In this document: one piece after another, positions 1 to 9,472 of the stretch | Position numbering within the stretch: the stretch's first letter is position 1 | Layout of the letters: each line of letters begins with the position of its first letter | Assembly (NCBI GenBank): GCA_963803975.1 | Contig: CAWDOY010000008.1 | Span: forward strand, 38,426-102,425 | DNA from: an uncultured delta proteobacterium | GTDB taxonomy: Bacteria > Desulfobacterota > WTBG01 > CAIYCZ01 | Direction: 5' to 3' | Length of the DNA: 64,000 bases | Program-made: the position numbers and the translations under genes | Notes under the pieces: generated by a model | Told to the model about the DNA's origin: nothing | Databases searched by the model: none | What the model saw: only the letters and a program-made list of their open reading frames with translations

Positions 1-184
1 TCTTGAGCGCCATTATTAGCCCCCTTTCTTGCTAATTATTAATTTTTAATTAAATAAAATTTGTTGATTTTTTGCCATAATTACCCCTTTCTTTGTTTTA
101 TTTAGGCAAATATTTGCAAATAATACCTTACTTTTAACCTTATTTTAGATTAATTGTTCTTAACTTTTGCCCTATTTATGACTT

Positions 185-214
185 ATAATATATTAAAAAA
201 TTATCATCTGTCAA
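185..214 (-). promoter_or_regulatory. sigma70-like promoter firing leftward into the AT-rich edge
   Basis: TTGACA (214-209), 18 bp spacer, TATTAT on the minus strand; two AAGAAAGGGG RBS-ATG units lie downstream. Confidence 0.5.
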
Positions 215-240
215 GTAAATCTTACTTAAATTTTTAAATA

Positions 241-275
241 GACATTCATCCCCGTCCACAGGACGGGGTATTATG
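241..275. repeat. IS200/IS605-like end hairpin remnant
   Basis: attcat-CCCCGTCC-aca-GGACGGGG-tatt, a GC hairpin in very AT-rich DNA resembling IS200/IS605 subterminal palindromes. Confidence 0.4.
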
Positions 276-287
276 GTTTATTTTCAT

Positions 288-316
288 AAAAAAGGAGACC
301 TTTTTGGTCTCCTTTT
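288..316. terminator. bidirectional intrinsic terminator
   Basis: AAAAGGAGACC-TTTTT-GGTCTCCTTTT. Confidence 0.7.
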
Positions 317-389
317 AATGTATAATCTGCGATCATTTATTCTGGTGCCGAACACTTTCGATTTGTAATAACAATAAAGACTTCGTTAT

Positions 390-580
390 TTATATTTCTT
401 CCATATCCTTTACTATATCTTCAAGCACCAGGCAGAGGCACCGCTCTTTTGTCGTGATGCAGGTCTCCTTATCTCAGCCATAGAAAGCGTAATAGTCGTC
501 AAGCACGGTATCAAGCATTTTGCGCAAAACCACCGTGAGTTTTGCAGAACGTGAATATTTAGGCGGTCTTCTTCCGGATT
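390..580 (-). pseudogene. remnant of aldehyde:ferredoxin oxidoreductase C-terminus
   Basis: manual translation KMLDTVLDDYYAFYG*DKETCITTKERCLCLVLEDIVKDMEEI* matches the AOR tail (LDEYYxxRGWDxETGxPTxExLxxLGL); TGA replaces the conserved Trp. Confidence 0.6.
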
Positions 581-944
581 TTACAAAGAGTGCCCGTTCT
601 CTATAGATGGGTATAAACTACTATCTGGTATTTACAATTCCATCGTATGTGTGTTAAGTTTTTTCATCATAGGTTTTGCTGCCTCGCTCGCGGGGCTTTT
701 CTATGTGGAAAAGTCTGCTTTATCTTTACGCTTCCCCAAGCTTTCCAAGGGTCACACCGCAGAGACCGCGGGTTGAGCTAACACTGAAATGAGCGATTTT
801 TCACGCCCAAGACAGCGGAAAACAGAACAGTTTAAAATAACAAGTCATTACCGCACAGGGGTAAAGTTATCTGGATAACCATGTTTTTATTATCCGGTAT
901 GAACGCTATACAATGCATATGCACCAGCATGCTATGAGGTTCGT

Positions 945-1718
945 ATGCCCTATGTAATGGTTAATAATTACAGCTGTTACTATGCCATCTCCAAGCGTGC
1001 TCCGGAACACGGTCCAGCGGCAGTTTGCCTGCACGGCTCGGGCGCGGACGGTATTGTCTGGTCGTATCAGCTCAGCAGGCTGAGCAGTAAGTACCGGGTG
1101 ATTGTGCCCGACCTGCCGGGACATGGCAGGTCCGGGGGGCAACCGCTTGACTCGGCTTTCGCATATGCCGCATGGCTTGAAGACTTCTGCCGTGCGCTAA
1201 ACCTCGCCTCTTTTTTTCTCCTGGGGCATTCCTTTGGCGGTGCGGTCGTCCAGGAGTATGCCCGCTGCCATCCGCACAAGATAAAAGGTGTGGTACTGGC
1301 AGCTACGGGGACGCAGTTTATGCTGTCGCGCACCTATCGGGACCTCTGTGAGCGCGGTGTGTCACCCGCTGCAGATGTTCATGCCGTATCTGGAATGCTG
1401 CCTGAGCCATTAAAGAAGGGATATGAACTGCTGCTGAGTCAAAGCAACGGGTCGTTGCATGCAGACCTGTTCGCAGCAGCGCAATTTGACAGCTCGGCCT
1501 GGGTTGGCTCGCTCAAAATACCGGCCCTGGTCATCTGGGGCAGCAGGGATGAGATAACTCCGCGGGAGCTCCCCGAAGAACTGGCCGGGAAACTTCCTGA
1601 GGGCCGGCTGCATATCATTAACGGGGCCGGGCATGTTGTCATGATTGATGCGCGGGATGCATTTAACAGAGCAGTTGCCGATTTCATCGAGCAGCACAGC
1701 GCGGCGGTGGATAGATGA
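945..1718 (+). CDS. alpha/beta fold hydrolase
   Basis: LHGSG, DLPGHG, GHSFGG nucleophile elbow, C-terminal GAGH. Confidence 0.9.
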   Translation: MPYVMVNNYSCYYAISKRAPEHGPAAVCLHGSGADGIVWSYQLSRLSSKYRVIVPDLPGHGRSGGQPLDSAFAYAAWLEDFCRALNLASFFLLGHSFGGAVVQEYARCHPHKIKGVVLAATGTQFMLSRTYRDLCERGVSPAADVHAVSGMLPEPLKKGYELLLSQSNGSLHADLFAAAQFDSSAWVGSLKIPALVIWGSRDEITPRELPEELAGKLPEGRLHIINGAGHVVMIDARDAFNRAVADFIEQHSAAVDR

Positions 1719-2390
1719 CCTCACCGGCACTTGTGCAGCTGTCTATTCAGGGCCTGTTTCCCGGCTGCGTTGCCACCGCGTGCTGCAGGATTGCTGACGC
1801 GGACGCCAAACTGGACCCGGAAGAGCACGCCGGCATTAAACACGCGGTTGCCAAGCGGCAGCAGGAGTTTATTGCGGGCCGGATATGCGCCCGGCAGGCT
1901 CTTGACCGCCTGGGTATCACCGCCGGCCCCCTGCGCAAACTGCCCGATGGCTCAATCGCGTGGCCTGACAGCATTATGGGAACCGTATCCCACAGCGAAA
2001 TATGGTGTGGCGCAGCCGTTGCCCGGCGTTGCGATGTCGCCGGCATCGGGCTTGACATTGAAACCGTCACGCGCGTGGGAGAAAATCTCTGGCGCCAGAT
2101 ACTGACTGAAGAAGAGCGCGCCTGGCTCGACAGGCAGCCTGTTGCAGAGGCTCAGCAATTGGTGGCCCTCATCTTCAGCGCCAAGGAGGCTCTCTACAAG
2201 TGCATTGCTGCGCTGCTTGAGAAACGAATTGGGTTTATGGATGCCGTCATTGTCCCCGATATGCAGCGGAGACTCTTTTGTTGTGAACCTGAATGAGCTG
2301 GTCGCTGCACAACTTCCCCGGGGCCTGCGCCTGCAGGGGCGTTCCTTCTTTTTTTCCGGGGCGGTCTTTACCGGCCTCGTGCTTGCCTGA
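1715..2390 (+). CDS. 4'-phosphopantetheinyl transferase (EntD/Npt type), frameshift near 2280
   Basis: KRQQEFIAGRICAR, WPDSIMGTVSHS, GIGLDIE, FSAKEALYK; C-terminus continues in the 2142-2390 frame. Confidence 0.85.
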
Positions 2391-2497
2391 GGCGTGACGG
2401 AGAGCTTTTCAGTTGACAATTTATGGGCGGTATTTTAGATTAGCAGCTTATTAATATATTGGTAATTTTTGGCTAATTTTAATGGGAGGTAGATGCG

Positions 2498-3430
2498 ATG
2501 GCAAAATGGGCTTTTCTTTTTCCCGGACAGGGTTCTCAGTATGTGGGCATGGGCAAGGATCTCAAGCAAAATTTCAAAGTAGCCGCTGATGTTTTTGCAG
2601 AGGCTGATGAAGCCCTGCACGAGGATCTGTCAAAACTCTGCTTTGAAGGTCCTGAAGATGACCTGAAGCTGACACGCAACACGCAACCGGCAATCCTTAC
2701 CGTCAGCATTGCCGCGCTGCGCGTTTTACAGCAGGAGACCGGCCTGGTCCCCGCAATGACAGCCGGACACAGCCTGGGTGAGTACAGCGCCCTGGTGGCC
2801 TCAGGCGCATTACAGTTTACCGATGCGGTGGCCATTGTGCGCAAGCGGGGAACTTTCATGCAGGAGGCGGTCCCGGTCGGCGTGGGCGGCATGGCAGCGG
2901 TACTGGGCATGGAGACCGAAGTGCTTGAGCAGATCTGCAGGGAAAGCGCTGAGGGCCAGGCCGTGTCACCGGCCAATTACAACTGCCCCGGCCAGATCGT
3001 GATTTCCGGGCACATGGAGGCAGTCAAGCGGGCGGCTGCCAGGGCTGAAGCTGCGGGTGCCAAGAAGGTGGTAATGCTGCCGGTCAGCGCTCCGTTCCAT
3101 AGCGCTTTGATGAAGCCGGCAGCCGAGAAACTGGCCAGGGCACTGGAACCTGTCACCGTACAGGATCTTAAAATACCGGTGCTGTCAAATGTTGAAGCCG
3201 ACTTTTATCCCTCAAAAAATGATGTTAAGCGACTCCTCACAGAGCAGGTTGATCATCCCGTGCGCTGGATTGAGGAGATGGAAAAAATGGTCAGGGAGGG
3301 TGTGGACAAATGCGTTGAAATCGGGCCCGGAAAGGTGCTGAACGGCCTGGTGCGCAAAATCAGCCGCGAGACCGCCATGCAGAGCATTGAGAATCCTGAC
3401 AGCATTAAGGATTTTGTGGCCAGCTTGTAA
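2498..3430 (+). CDS. fabD: malonyl-CoA:ACP transacylase
   Basis: FPGQGSQ, TQPAI, GHSLGEY, VSAPFHS, EIGPG. Confidence 0.97.
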   Translation: MAKWAFLFPGQGSQYVGMGKDLKQNFKVAADVFAEADEALHEDLSKLCFEGPEDDLKLTRNTQPAILTVSIAALRVLQQETGLVPAMTAGHSLGEYSALVASGALQFTDAVAIVRKRGTFMQEAVPVGVGGMAAVLGMETEVLEQICRESAEGQAVSPANYNCPGQIVISGHMEAVKRAAARAEAAGAKKVVMLPVSAPFHSALMKPAAEKLARALEPVTVQDLKIPVLSNVEADFYPSKNDVKRLLTEQVDHPVRWIEEMEKMVREGVDKCVEIGPGKVLNGLVRKISRETAMQSIENPDSIKDFVASL

Positions 3431-3508
3431 TAGAATGCCTAAGGAGATGAAACAAAATCTAAACTGAGCATTTTTCACATCCACGCCGGTTCAAGGCAGC
3501 TCAGCTTT

Positions 3509-3548
3509 AATAACAAAACCGACCCTTGACAGGGTCGGTTTTGTTATT
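3509..3548. terminator. bidirectional terminator between fabD and ACP
   Basis: perfect 18-bp inverted repeat AATAACAAAACCGACCCT / AGGGTCGGTTTTGTTATT. Confidence 0.85.
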
Positions 3549-3570
3549 TGTGTCGTATACTATTTAATAG

Positions 3571-3816
3571 CTACTTTTCGGAGAGCATCTTCATGACCAG
3601 ATCGACAGCCTGATTGAAGGTTTCGACCTTGTCCTGCTCATCCCCATCAAAAAACAGGGCCCATTCGTCTTCGCACATGGTAAAGAATTCAAGCCTGCCG
3701 GAGGAGCTTAAGCCCTGATCGCGCATCGGGACATCCGGCTTGATCTCTGCAGCCTTGTTGGCCAAGGCCCTTCTGATGAACACTATCATTTTATCAGCTA
3801 ATTCCTGTCGTTCCAT
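3571..3816 (-). CDS. acyl carrier protein-like (atypical GLSSS motif)
   Basis: 81 aa, acidic C-terminal half, ACP spacing (IKPD..MRDQGLSSSGRLE...EDEW...VETFNQAVDLV), GGAG RBS. Confidence 0.7.
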   Translation of the reverse strand: MERQELADKMIVFIRRALANKAAEIKPDVPMRDQGLSSSGRLEFFTMCEDEWALFFDGDEQDKVETFNQAVDLVMKMLSEK

Positions 3817-3864
3817 TTCTGTCTCCTTGTTTGTGTGTAATTACCCAAGAACCGTCAGGCTGTC

Positions 3865-5250
3865 TTACTTCCCAAATTTATCCCAGTGGGATTTAAAGAT
3901 ATTGTTCTCATCAGGCTTATTTTCCGGAATCGGTGAGGAAACCCAGGTGTAGTTGACCATATGCTTCCACGTGATGTTCTCATTGGAAATGTTGTTGCCC
4001 CAGGTGCCACAGCTCAGGGACATGGTAAAGGGCATGCCGTTGGTGAACGCGCCGCTGTTGGCAAGGCACTGCGGCTGCCGGACCATCATCCGGCTGACAT
4101 GGGCCATTTCGGCGAGCTCTTTGATCCGCTCCTCGTTCACGCTGTGGATGCTGCAGCAGTGGCCTTCGCCGCGAACCGCCAGTATCTGCTTGAGGTAGTC
4201 CAGCGCCTCGCTGAAGGCGGAGAATTTCCAGAGCGTCATGGTCGGCGACAGCTTTTCGTCAGCAAACTTTTCCGTGCTGACCGGGGCTTCCCCCAGCACC
4301 ATGAGAAAAGTGGTATTCTCCGGGACCGTGATGCCGGCAATTTCAGCGATTACTTTAGCTGACCGGGCAACGACCTTCTGGTTGATGTGTTCGCCGTCAG
4401 GCCAGAGGGCCTCTTTCAGTTTTACTTTCTCCTCAGGTGAACACAGATAGCCGCCCCGGGCCTTAAATCCAGCCAGCATGCCGTCCCATTTTGAGGCATG
4501 GATAACAGCCGAGTTTTCAGCGGAACAGGAGGTGGCATTGTCAAAGGTCTTGCTCAGGAATATCTTTTCAGCGGCATCTTCCACATCAGCGGTCTCATCA
4601 ACAATGCTGACTGAGTTGCCGGCCCCGACGCCATAGGCAGGCTTGCCGCTTGAATAGGCGGCCTTTACCGACTGGGTTCCGCCGGTTGAGATTACCAGGT
4701 CAGCGGCAGCCATCAGGGCCTGAATGTCCTCAATGTAGGGCCGTTCCATGCACTGCAGCAGATCGGCCGGTGCGCCTACCTTTTCCAGGCCGGCGCGCAT
4801 GAAATCAACGGCCAGCGTGCTGCACCGCCGTGCGATCATGTGGGGTGCAAAGATAATTGCGTTGCGTGTCTTCAGGGCATAGATTCCCTTGACCACCGGC
4901 GTGGCGGTGGGGTTGGTGCAGGGGGTTGGCGCGAAGATGACGCCGACGGGCTTGATGACCTTGAAAATGCCCCTGGCCTTGTCCTCGTCAACAATGCCGG
5001 TGGTCTTGACGCCGACCATGTCCCGCAGCGCGCCCAGGGCTTTGTTGCGGTGCTTGGCCAGCTTATTTTCATAGACCCCCATCTTGGTTTCCTTGACCGC
5101 CATATCTGCGCATTTGGCGGCATGTTCGGGCTTGATGGCCTCCCAGGCAGCGGCCAAAACCATTTCATCAACTTTTTCCTGAGACCAGTGTTCCACGACA
5201 GCCTGCGCCTTGCGCGCCTTGTCAAGCAGTTGTTGCAGTTCTTCCTTCAT
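3865..5250 (-). CDS. acylating aldehyde dehydrogenase (SauS/AdhE-ALDH-like)
   Basis: PCTNPT, STGG, GVGAGN, SKTFDNATSCSAE catalytic Cys, EKLSP, TMSLSCGTWG. Confidence 0.9.
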   Translation of the reverse strand: MKEELQQLLDKARKAQAVVEHWSQEKVDEMVLAAAWEAIKPEHAAKCADMAVKETKMGVYENKLAKHRNKALGALRDMVGVKTTGIVDEDKARGIFKVIKPVGVIFAPTPCTNPTATPVVKGIYALKTRNAIIFAPHMIARRCSTLAVDFMRAGLEKVGAPADLLQCMERPYIEDIQALMAAADLVISTGGTQSVKAAYSSGKPAYGVGAGNSVSIVDETADVEDAAEKIFLSKTFDNATSCSAENSAVIHASKWDGMLAGFKARGGYLCSPEEKVKLKEALWPDGEHINQKVVARSAKVIAEIAGITVPENTTFLMVLGEAPVSTEKFADEKLSPTMTLWKFSAFSEALDYLKQILAVRGEGHCCSIHSVNEERIKELAEMAHVSRMMVRQPQCLANSGAFTNGMPFTMSLSCGTWGNNISNENITWKHMVNYTWVSSPIPENKPDENNIFKSHWDKFGK

Positions 5251-5793
5251 GATGCCTCCATACGTGTTAGAATGTTACTCGTAAAGCAGCACGCGGATGC
5301 GTCTTGCAGCGGAAGGTGCCTTGCACCATCCGCTGCACTGCTCTTTCCCCGTTGGTCAGGGATTATCGTTCACTGAGATATTTTTCAAGACATCGAAAAC
5401 CTGCGGGGGATGTCCTGTTCGCTACTCGTACTGCGTCGAACCGGTGTTTGTGAAGGAGGGTAAAAGCACGTGTTTTTTGGTCTTAAAGATGAGATATGTA
5501 TGGAAGATGGCGCACTGCAGTGGTACCGCCCTTGTCCATCAGCTGCGTATGCAGTATATGCTTTTTACTTCTCCCGGCGCAGTAAGCAAGACGTTACATA
5601 ATCCTGTAAATTATGAGTTTACTTTGTTTTTATATACGCTGGGAAGCGATATGTCAAGAATTAAAAGGATCTTCCGCAAGCGGCATATTTAACTCTTGAC
5701 CGTATATGTTAAACTATTTATATGAGTATATTTTGAGCAGTATGCAGAAGATACCTGCAACGCTCTGCTGCAGAAACATGAAAGGAGCAAAAC

Positions 5794-6645
5794 GTGTTCA
5801 GAATTTTAGAAACAAGGGAGATGGCGCAGGGTACCGTATTTCAGTTCTTGGTGGCTGCCCCGCTCATTGCCCGGAAAACCCTGCCGGGCCAGTTTGTGCT
5901 GCTGCGGGTGAATGAAACCGGAGAGCGCATGCCATTAACCATTGCGGACCGTGACCCGGCTGCCGGTACCATTACCCTGATATTTCAGGTGGTGGGAAAA
6001 ACCACGGCTTTGATGAGCACCCTGAAAGCAGGAGATTGTCTGACAGATGTCGTCGGACCGCTGGGAAAGCCCACGCACATTGAACGTCTGGGAACCGTCG
6101 TATGCGTCGGCGGCGGAACCGGGATTGCAGTGCTCTACCCGATAACCAGGGCGTTTAAGGAGAGCGGCAACCATGTCATTTCAATACTGGGTGCGCGCAG
6201 CAAAGGGCTTTTGATCCTGGAGAAAGAGATGCGCGCGGTCAGCGATGAGCTCCTGATCACTACCGATGACGGCACCTGCGGCGAGCACGGGTTTGTGACT
6301 GATGTGCTGCGCAGGCTGCTCACTGACCGCAGCGATATAAAGCTTATCACTGCAACCGGGCCGGTGTTGATGATGAAATTTGTTTCCCTGCTGGCCCGGG
6401 AATTCGGGGTGCCGTCCATGGCCAGCCTGAACTCAATCATGGTCGACGGCACCGGCATGTGCGGAGCGTGCCGCGTTACCGTGGGCGGAAAGACCAAATT
6501 TGCCTGTGTGGACGGGCCGGAGTTTGACGGCGCGCACATTGACTATGATGAACTGATAAAGCGTCAGCGCGCCTACCTGAATGAAGAGCGGGTTTCCCTC
6601 GACAGCTTTACCCTGAAGGCAAAGAAAGGTGCAGGACATGACTGA
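5794..6645 (+). CDS. nfnA: electron-bifurcating transhydrogenase small subunit
   Basis: PGQFV, GERMPLTIAD, GPLG, GGGTG, MVDGTGMCGAC..ACVDGPEFD. Confidence 0.9.
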   Translation: MFRILETREMAQGTVFQFLVAAPLIARKTLPGQFVLLRVNETGERMPLTIADRDPAAGTITLIFQVVGKTTALMSTLKAGDCLTDVVGPLGKPTHIERLGTVVCVGGGTGIAVLYPITRAFKESGNHVISILGARSKGLLILEKEMRAVSDELLITTDDGTCGEHGFVTDVLRRLLTDRSDIKLITATGPVLMMKFVSLLAREFGVPSMASLNSIMVDGTGMCGACRVTVGGKTKFACVDGPEFDGAHIDYDELIKRQRAYLNEERVSLDSFTLKAKKGAGHD

Positions 6646-8041
6646 GCAGAAGAAAAAAGAAAAAATTCCCCGGCAGAAAATGCCGGAACAGGACCCCGCG
6701 GTGCGGGCGCGTAATTTTGCAGAGGTTCCCTGCGGGTATACACCGGAGCTTGCGCAGCTGGAGGCGCGCCGCTGCCTGCAGTGCAAAAAACCAAAGTGCC
6801 GCGACGGGTGCCCGGTTGAAATTGAAATCCCCAACTTCATCGCGCTGATTGCCGAGGGTGATTTTGCCGGAGCAGCACGCAAGCTGAAAGAGCGCAACAG
6901 CCTGCCTGCCGTGTGCGGAAGAGTCTGCCCCCAGGAAGACCAGTGTGAAAAACTCTGTATTGTGGGGAAGAAGGACGAGCCGGTTGCCATCGGCAGACTG
7001 GAGCGCTTTGCCGCTGATTGGGAGCGGGAGCGCGGCAAACTTTTCATTCCTCCCAAAGCACCTCCCACGGGCAAAAAGGTTGCGGTAGTGGGGGCCGGCC
7101 CCGCCGGGTTGACGGTAGCGGGTGACCTCATTCTGCAGGGCCATGACGTGACTATTTTTGAAGCGCTGCACCAGGCTGGCGGGGTGCTTGTGTATGGTAT
7201 CCCTGAATTTCGTCTGCCGAAAAAAATTGTTCAATATGAGATTGACTACCTGCAGAAGCTTGGCGTTGACCTCAAACTCAATCATGTAATCGGGAAAATA
7301 ATCACTGCAGACGAACTGCTCCGGGAATTTGATGCTGTCTTCCTCGGCCTTGGAGCGGGCCTGCCGCAATTTATGAACATTCCGGGCGAAAACCTGTGCA
7401 ACATTTATTCTGCCAACGAGTACTTGACCCGGTCTAACCTGATGAAGGCCTACCTGTTCCCGGAATACGACACACCGGTTGCCCGCGGCAGACAGGTTGC
7501 GGTTATCGGCGCAGGAAACGTTGCCATGGACTCGGCCCGCACCGCGCTGCGCCTTGGTGCTGAACAGGTGCGGATTGTGTACCGCCGCTCACGGGCTGAA
7601 ATGCCGGCACGACTCGAGGAGATTCATCACGCAGAAGAAGAAGGTCTCCAGTTTCATTTTCTCACGGCGCCCATAAAATGTATCGGCAATGAGGATGGCT
7701 GGGTAACCGGCATGGAGTGCATCCGTATGGAACTGGGCGAACCGGATGCTTCGGGCAGGCGCAGGCCAATACCGCTGCAGGGTTCTGAATTCATTATGGC
7801 GTGTGATCTGCTGGTGATAGCTATCGGAGCAGGCGCCAACCCTCTGCTCGCCAATGCCACACCGGGGCTTGAGTTGAATAAGTGGGGCTATATTGTTGCC
7901 CGTGATGAAAACGGCGCAACCAGTAAACCGGCGGTCTGGGCGGGTGGTGATATTGTTACCGGTTCGGCAACGGTGATCCTTGCCATGGGTGCCGGCAGGA
8001 AAGCTGCCAATGCAATACACCAGTATTTGACGAACAGATAA
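6638..8041 (+). CDS. nfnB: electron-bifurcating transhydrogenase large subunit (GltD-like)
   Basis: RCLQC..CRDGCPV, CGRVCPQEDQCE, GAGPAG, YGIPEFRLPK, GAGNVAMD; overlaps the nfnA stop; no gltB nearby. Confidence 0.9.
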   Translation: MTEQKKKEKIPRQKMPEQDPAVRARNFAEVPCGYTPELAQLEARRCLQCKKPKCRDGCPVEIEIPNFIALIAEGDFAGAARKLKERNSLPAVCGRVCPQEDQCEKLCIVGKKDEPVAIGRLERFAADWERERGKLFIPPKAPPTGKKVAVVGAGPAGLTVAGDLILQGHDVTIFEALHQAGGVLVYGIPEFRLPKKIVQYEIDYLQKLGVDLKLNHVIGKIITADELLREFDAVFLGLGAGLPQFMNIPGENLCNIYSANEYLTRSNLMKAYLFPEYDTPVARGRQVAVIGAGNVAMDSARTALRLGAEQVRIVYRRSRAEMPARLEEIHHAEEEGLQFHFLTAPIKCIGNEDGWVTGMECIRMELGEPDASGRRRPIPLQGSEFIMACDLLVIAIGAGANPLLANATPGLELNKWGYIVARDENGATSKPAVWAGGDIVTGSATVILAMGAGRKAANAIHQYLTNR

Positions 8042-8060
8042 CAGGTTTTAGAGTAACCAC

Positions 8061-8101
8061 GAAAAAAGGGAAGGCGAAAAATAAGCACCTTCCCTTTTTC
8101 T
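8061..8101. terminator. bidirectional terminator
   Basis: AAAAAGGGAAGG...CCTTCCCTTTTT between convergent genes. Confidence 0.7.
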
Positions 8102-8119
8102 ATTATATATACCAGTACA

Positions 8120-8575
8120 TTACTCTACAATAATTTGCCCCTTTGATACTCTGGGCGCTGCAGTGGGGTTTTGCGCCGGTGTTTCCTGGGTAACGGTATA
8201 ATCAAACGTGCCCTTTTCAACAAAGCACAGGCTCGCTACAGCTCCCGGTGGAATTTCATTGGAGGTAAAAGAACCGGCTTCATCAACAAGAAAGTGCACC
8301 GGGCTTTTGCAGGCCAGGGTGACCTGTTTGCCGGTGAATTTAATTTTAGCTATGCTCCGGCCGGAATTCATCCAGATAACCGTGGTGCCCTTTTGAACTG
8401 TTACCGTCGCCGGGTCAACCCCAAAAGTGTAATTGAGGCGAATAACCTGATGCCCTGTTCCCTTCATTTCCGGCACAATTTTCTCATTCTGGGCTTGGAC
8501 ACTGGTAAAGGAAGATAGCATCGCAAAGCATGCTACCATAGCCAACAATAAACAAAAAAATCTAATCGCTTTCAT
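8120..8575 (-). CDS. secreted cupredoxin-fold-like protein
   Basis: signal peptide; DPATVTVQKGTTVIWMN ... FVEKGTFDY ... KGQIIVE. Confidence 0.65.
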   Translation of the reverse strand: MKAIRFFCLLLAMVACFAMLSSFTSVQAQNEKIVPEMKGTGHQVIRLNYTFGVDPATVTVQKGTTVIWMNSGRSIAKIKFTGKQVTLACKSPVHFLVDEAGSFTSNEIPPGAVASLCFVEKGTFDYTVTQETPAQNPTAAPRVSKGQIIVE

Positions 8576-8603
8576 AATAGTAGTTTCCCTTCCTATATCA
8601 AAA

Positions 8604-9074
8604 TTACTCCACAATAACCTTCCCCTTGAACTCCTTGGGCGTTGCCTTATAGGATTGGCTGGGTTTGAGTGCCCTTCTCACGGCATAGTTAAAGTTCCCC
8701 TTCTCAATAAAACAGAGACTTGCCACTGCTCCCATGGGAATATTGTTGGAGATGAAAGATCCCTTATCATCAACGACAAAATGGACAGGGTTCTGGCAGG
8801 CCATGGTAATCTGTTTTCCCTCAAACTGAATTTCCACCGGACTGTCAGCCTGATTAACCCAGATAACTGTGGTTCCTGGTTTGACGGTAGCCATTGACGG
8901 ATTTAATTGCCCCTGGGCACCCATGTAAATAATCTGCGCCCCTTCAATTTTCTTCTCAGGCTGTATTTTGTCGCTCTTTTCTGCCTGACTAAATGCACTA
9001 TCAACCGATGCTACTAAACCAAAACACAGACATATTACGATCGCTAACCAGATTTTGCTCATTGCTTTCATCAT
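8604..9074 (-). CDS. secreted cupredoxin-fold-like protein (paralog of the adjacent gene)
   Basis: signal peptide; PSMATVKPGTTVIWVN ... FIEKGNFNY ... KGKVIVE. Confidence 0.65.
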   Translation of the reverse strand: MMKAMSKIWLAIVICLCFGLVASVDSAFSQAEKSDKIQPEKKIEGAQIIYMGAQGQLNPSMATVKPGTTVIWVNQADSPVEIQFEGKQITMACQNPVHFVVDDKGSFISNNIPMGAVASLCFIEKGNFNYAVRRALKPSQSYKATPKEFKGKVIVE

Positions 9075-9396
9075 CAATTCCCTCCTTCTAGTGTTTTACA
9101 AAATTAACCCAGACAATCTTGACCCTATAAAAATTTTCTTAAACACTGTATCTTATATTCTACTCTATCAGAATCAGGACAATTTTTCAATAATGCGGTT
9201 TTTTCAACCAGGCTATTTACCGTGTAACATAGCAAATTAAAATAGTTAGTCAACTTTAAAATATATAAAAATTATTATGCCATAGGATTTTCTGGCAATC
9301 ATAATAATATAGCAGGTAAATTAATGAGTTAAACACGTTGGAAAGCACCTGAAAATTTATCTGGACGGGTCACGATAAGAGAGGGATGAAATCAAA

Positions 9397-9441
9397 AAAA
9401 GGTAAAAGGCAGGAGCCATTACAACCTCTGCCTTTTACCTT
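9397..9441 (-). terminator. intrinsic terminator
   Basis: AAGGTAAAAGGCAG...CTGCCTTTTACCTT hairpin with an A-run on the left. Confidence 0.6.
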
Positions 9442-9472
9442 CACGCATGAGTTCTTAAAAAAGCGATGTACC

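Noticed and set aside
343..365. TGGTGCCGAA as a tRNA 3' end or att site
   Set aside because: Only about 10 bp match, with no T-arm or cloverleaf
735..800. c-di-GMP-I riboswitch-like stretch
   Set aside because: Lacks the GGCAAA/GAAA P2 and GCAAAG core in the correct order
5297..5692. 131-aa ORF in the ALDH-nfnA spacer
   Set aside because: No recognisable motif or RBS; it overlaps the expected divergent promoters
6638..8041. glutamate synthase gltD
   Set aside because: No gltB, and it is coupled to an nfnA homolog, so NfnB fits better
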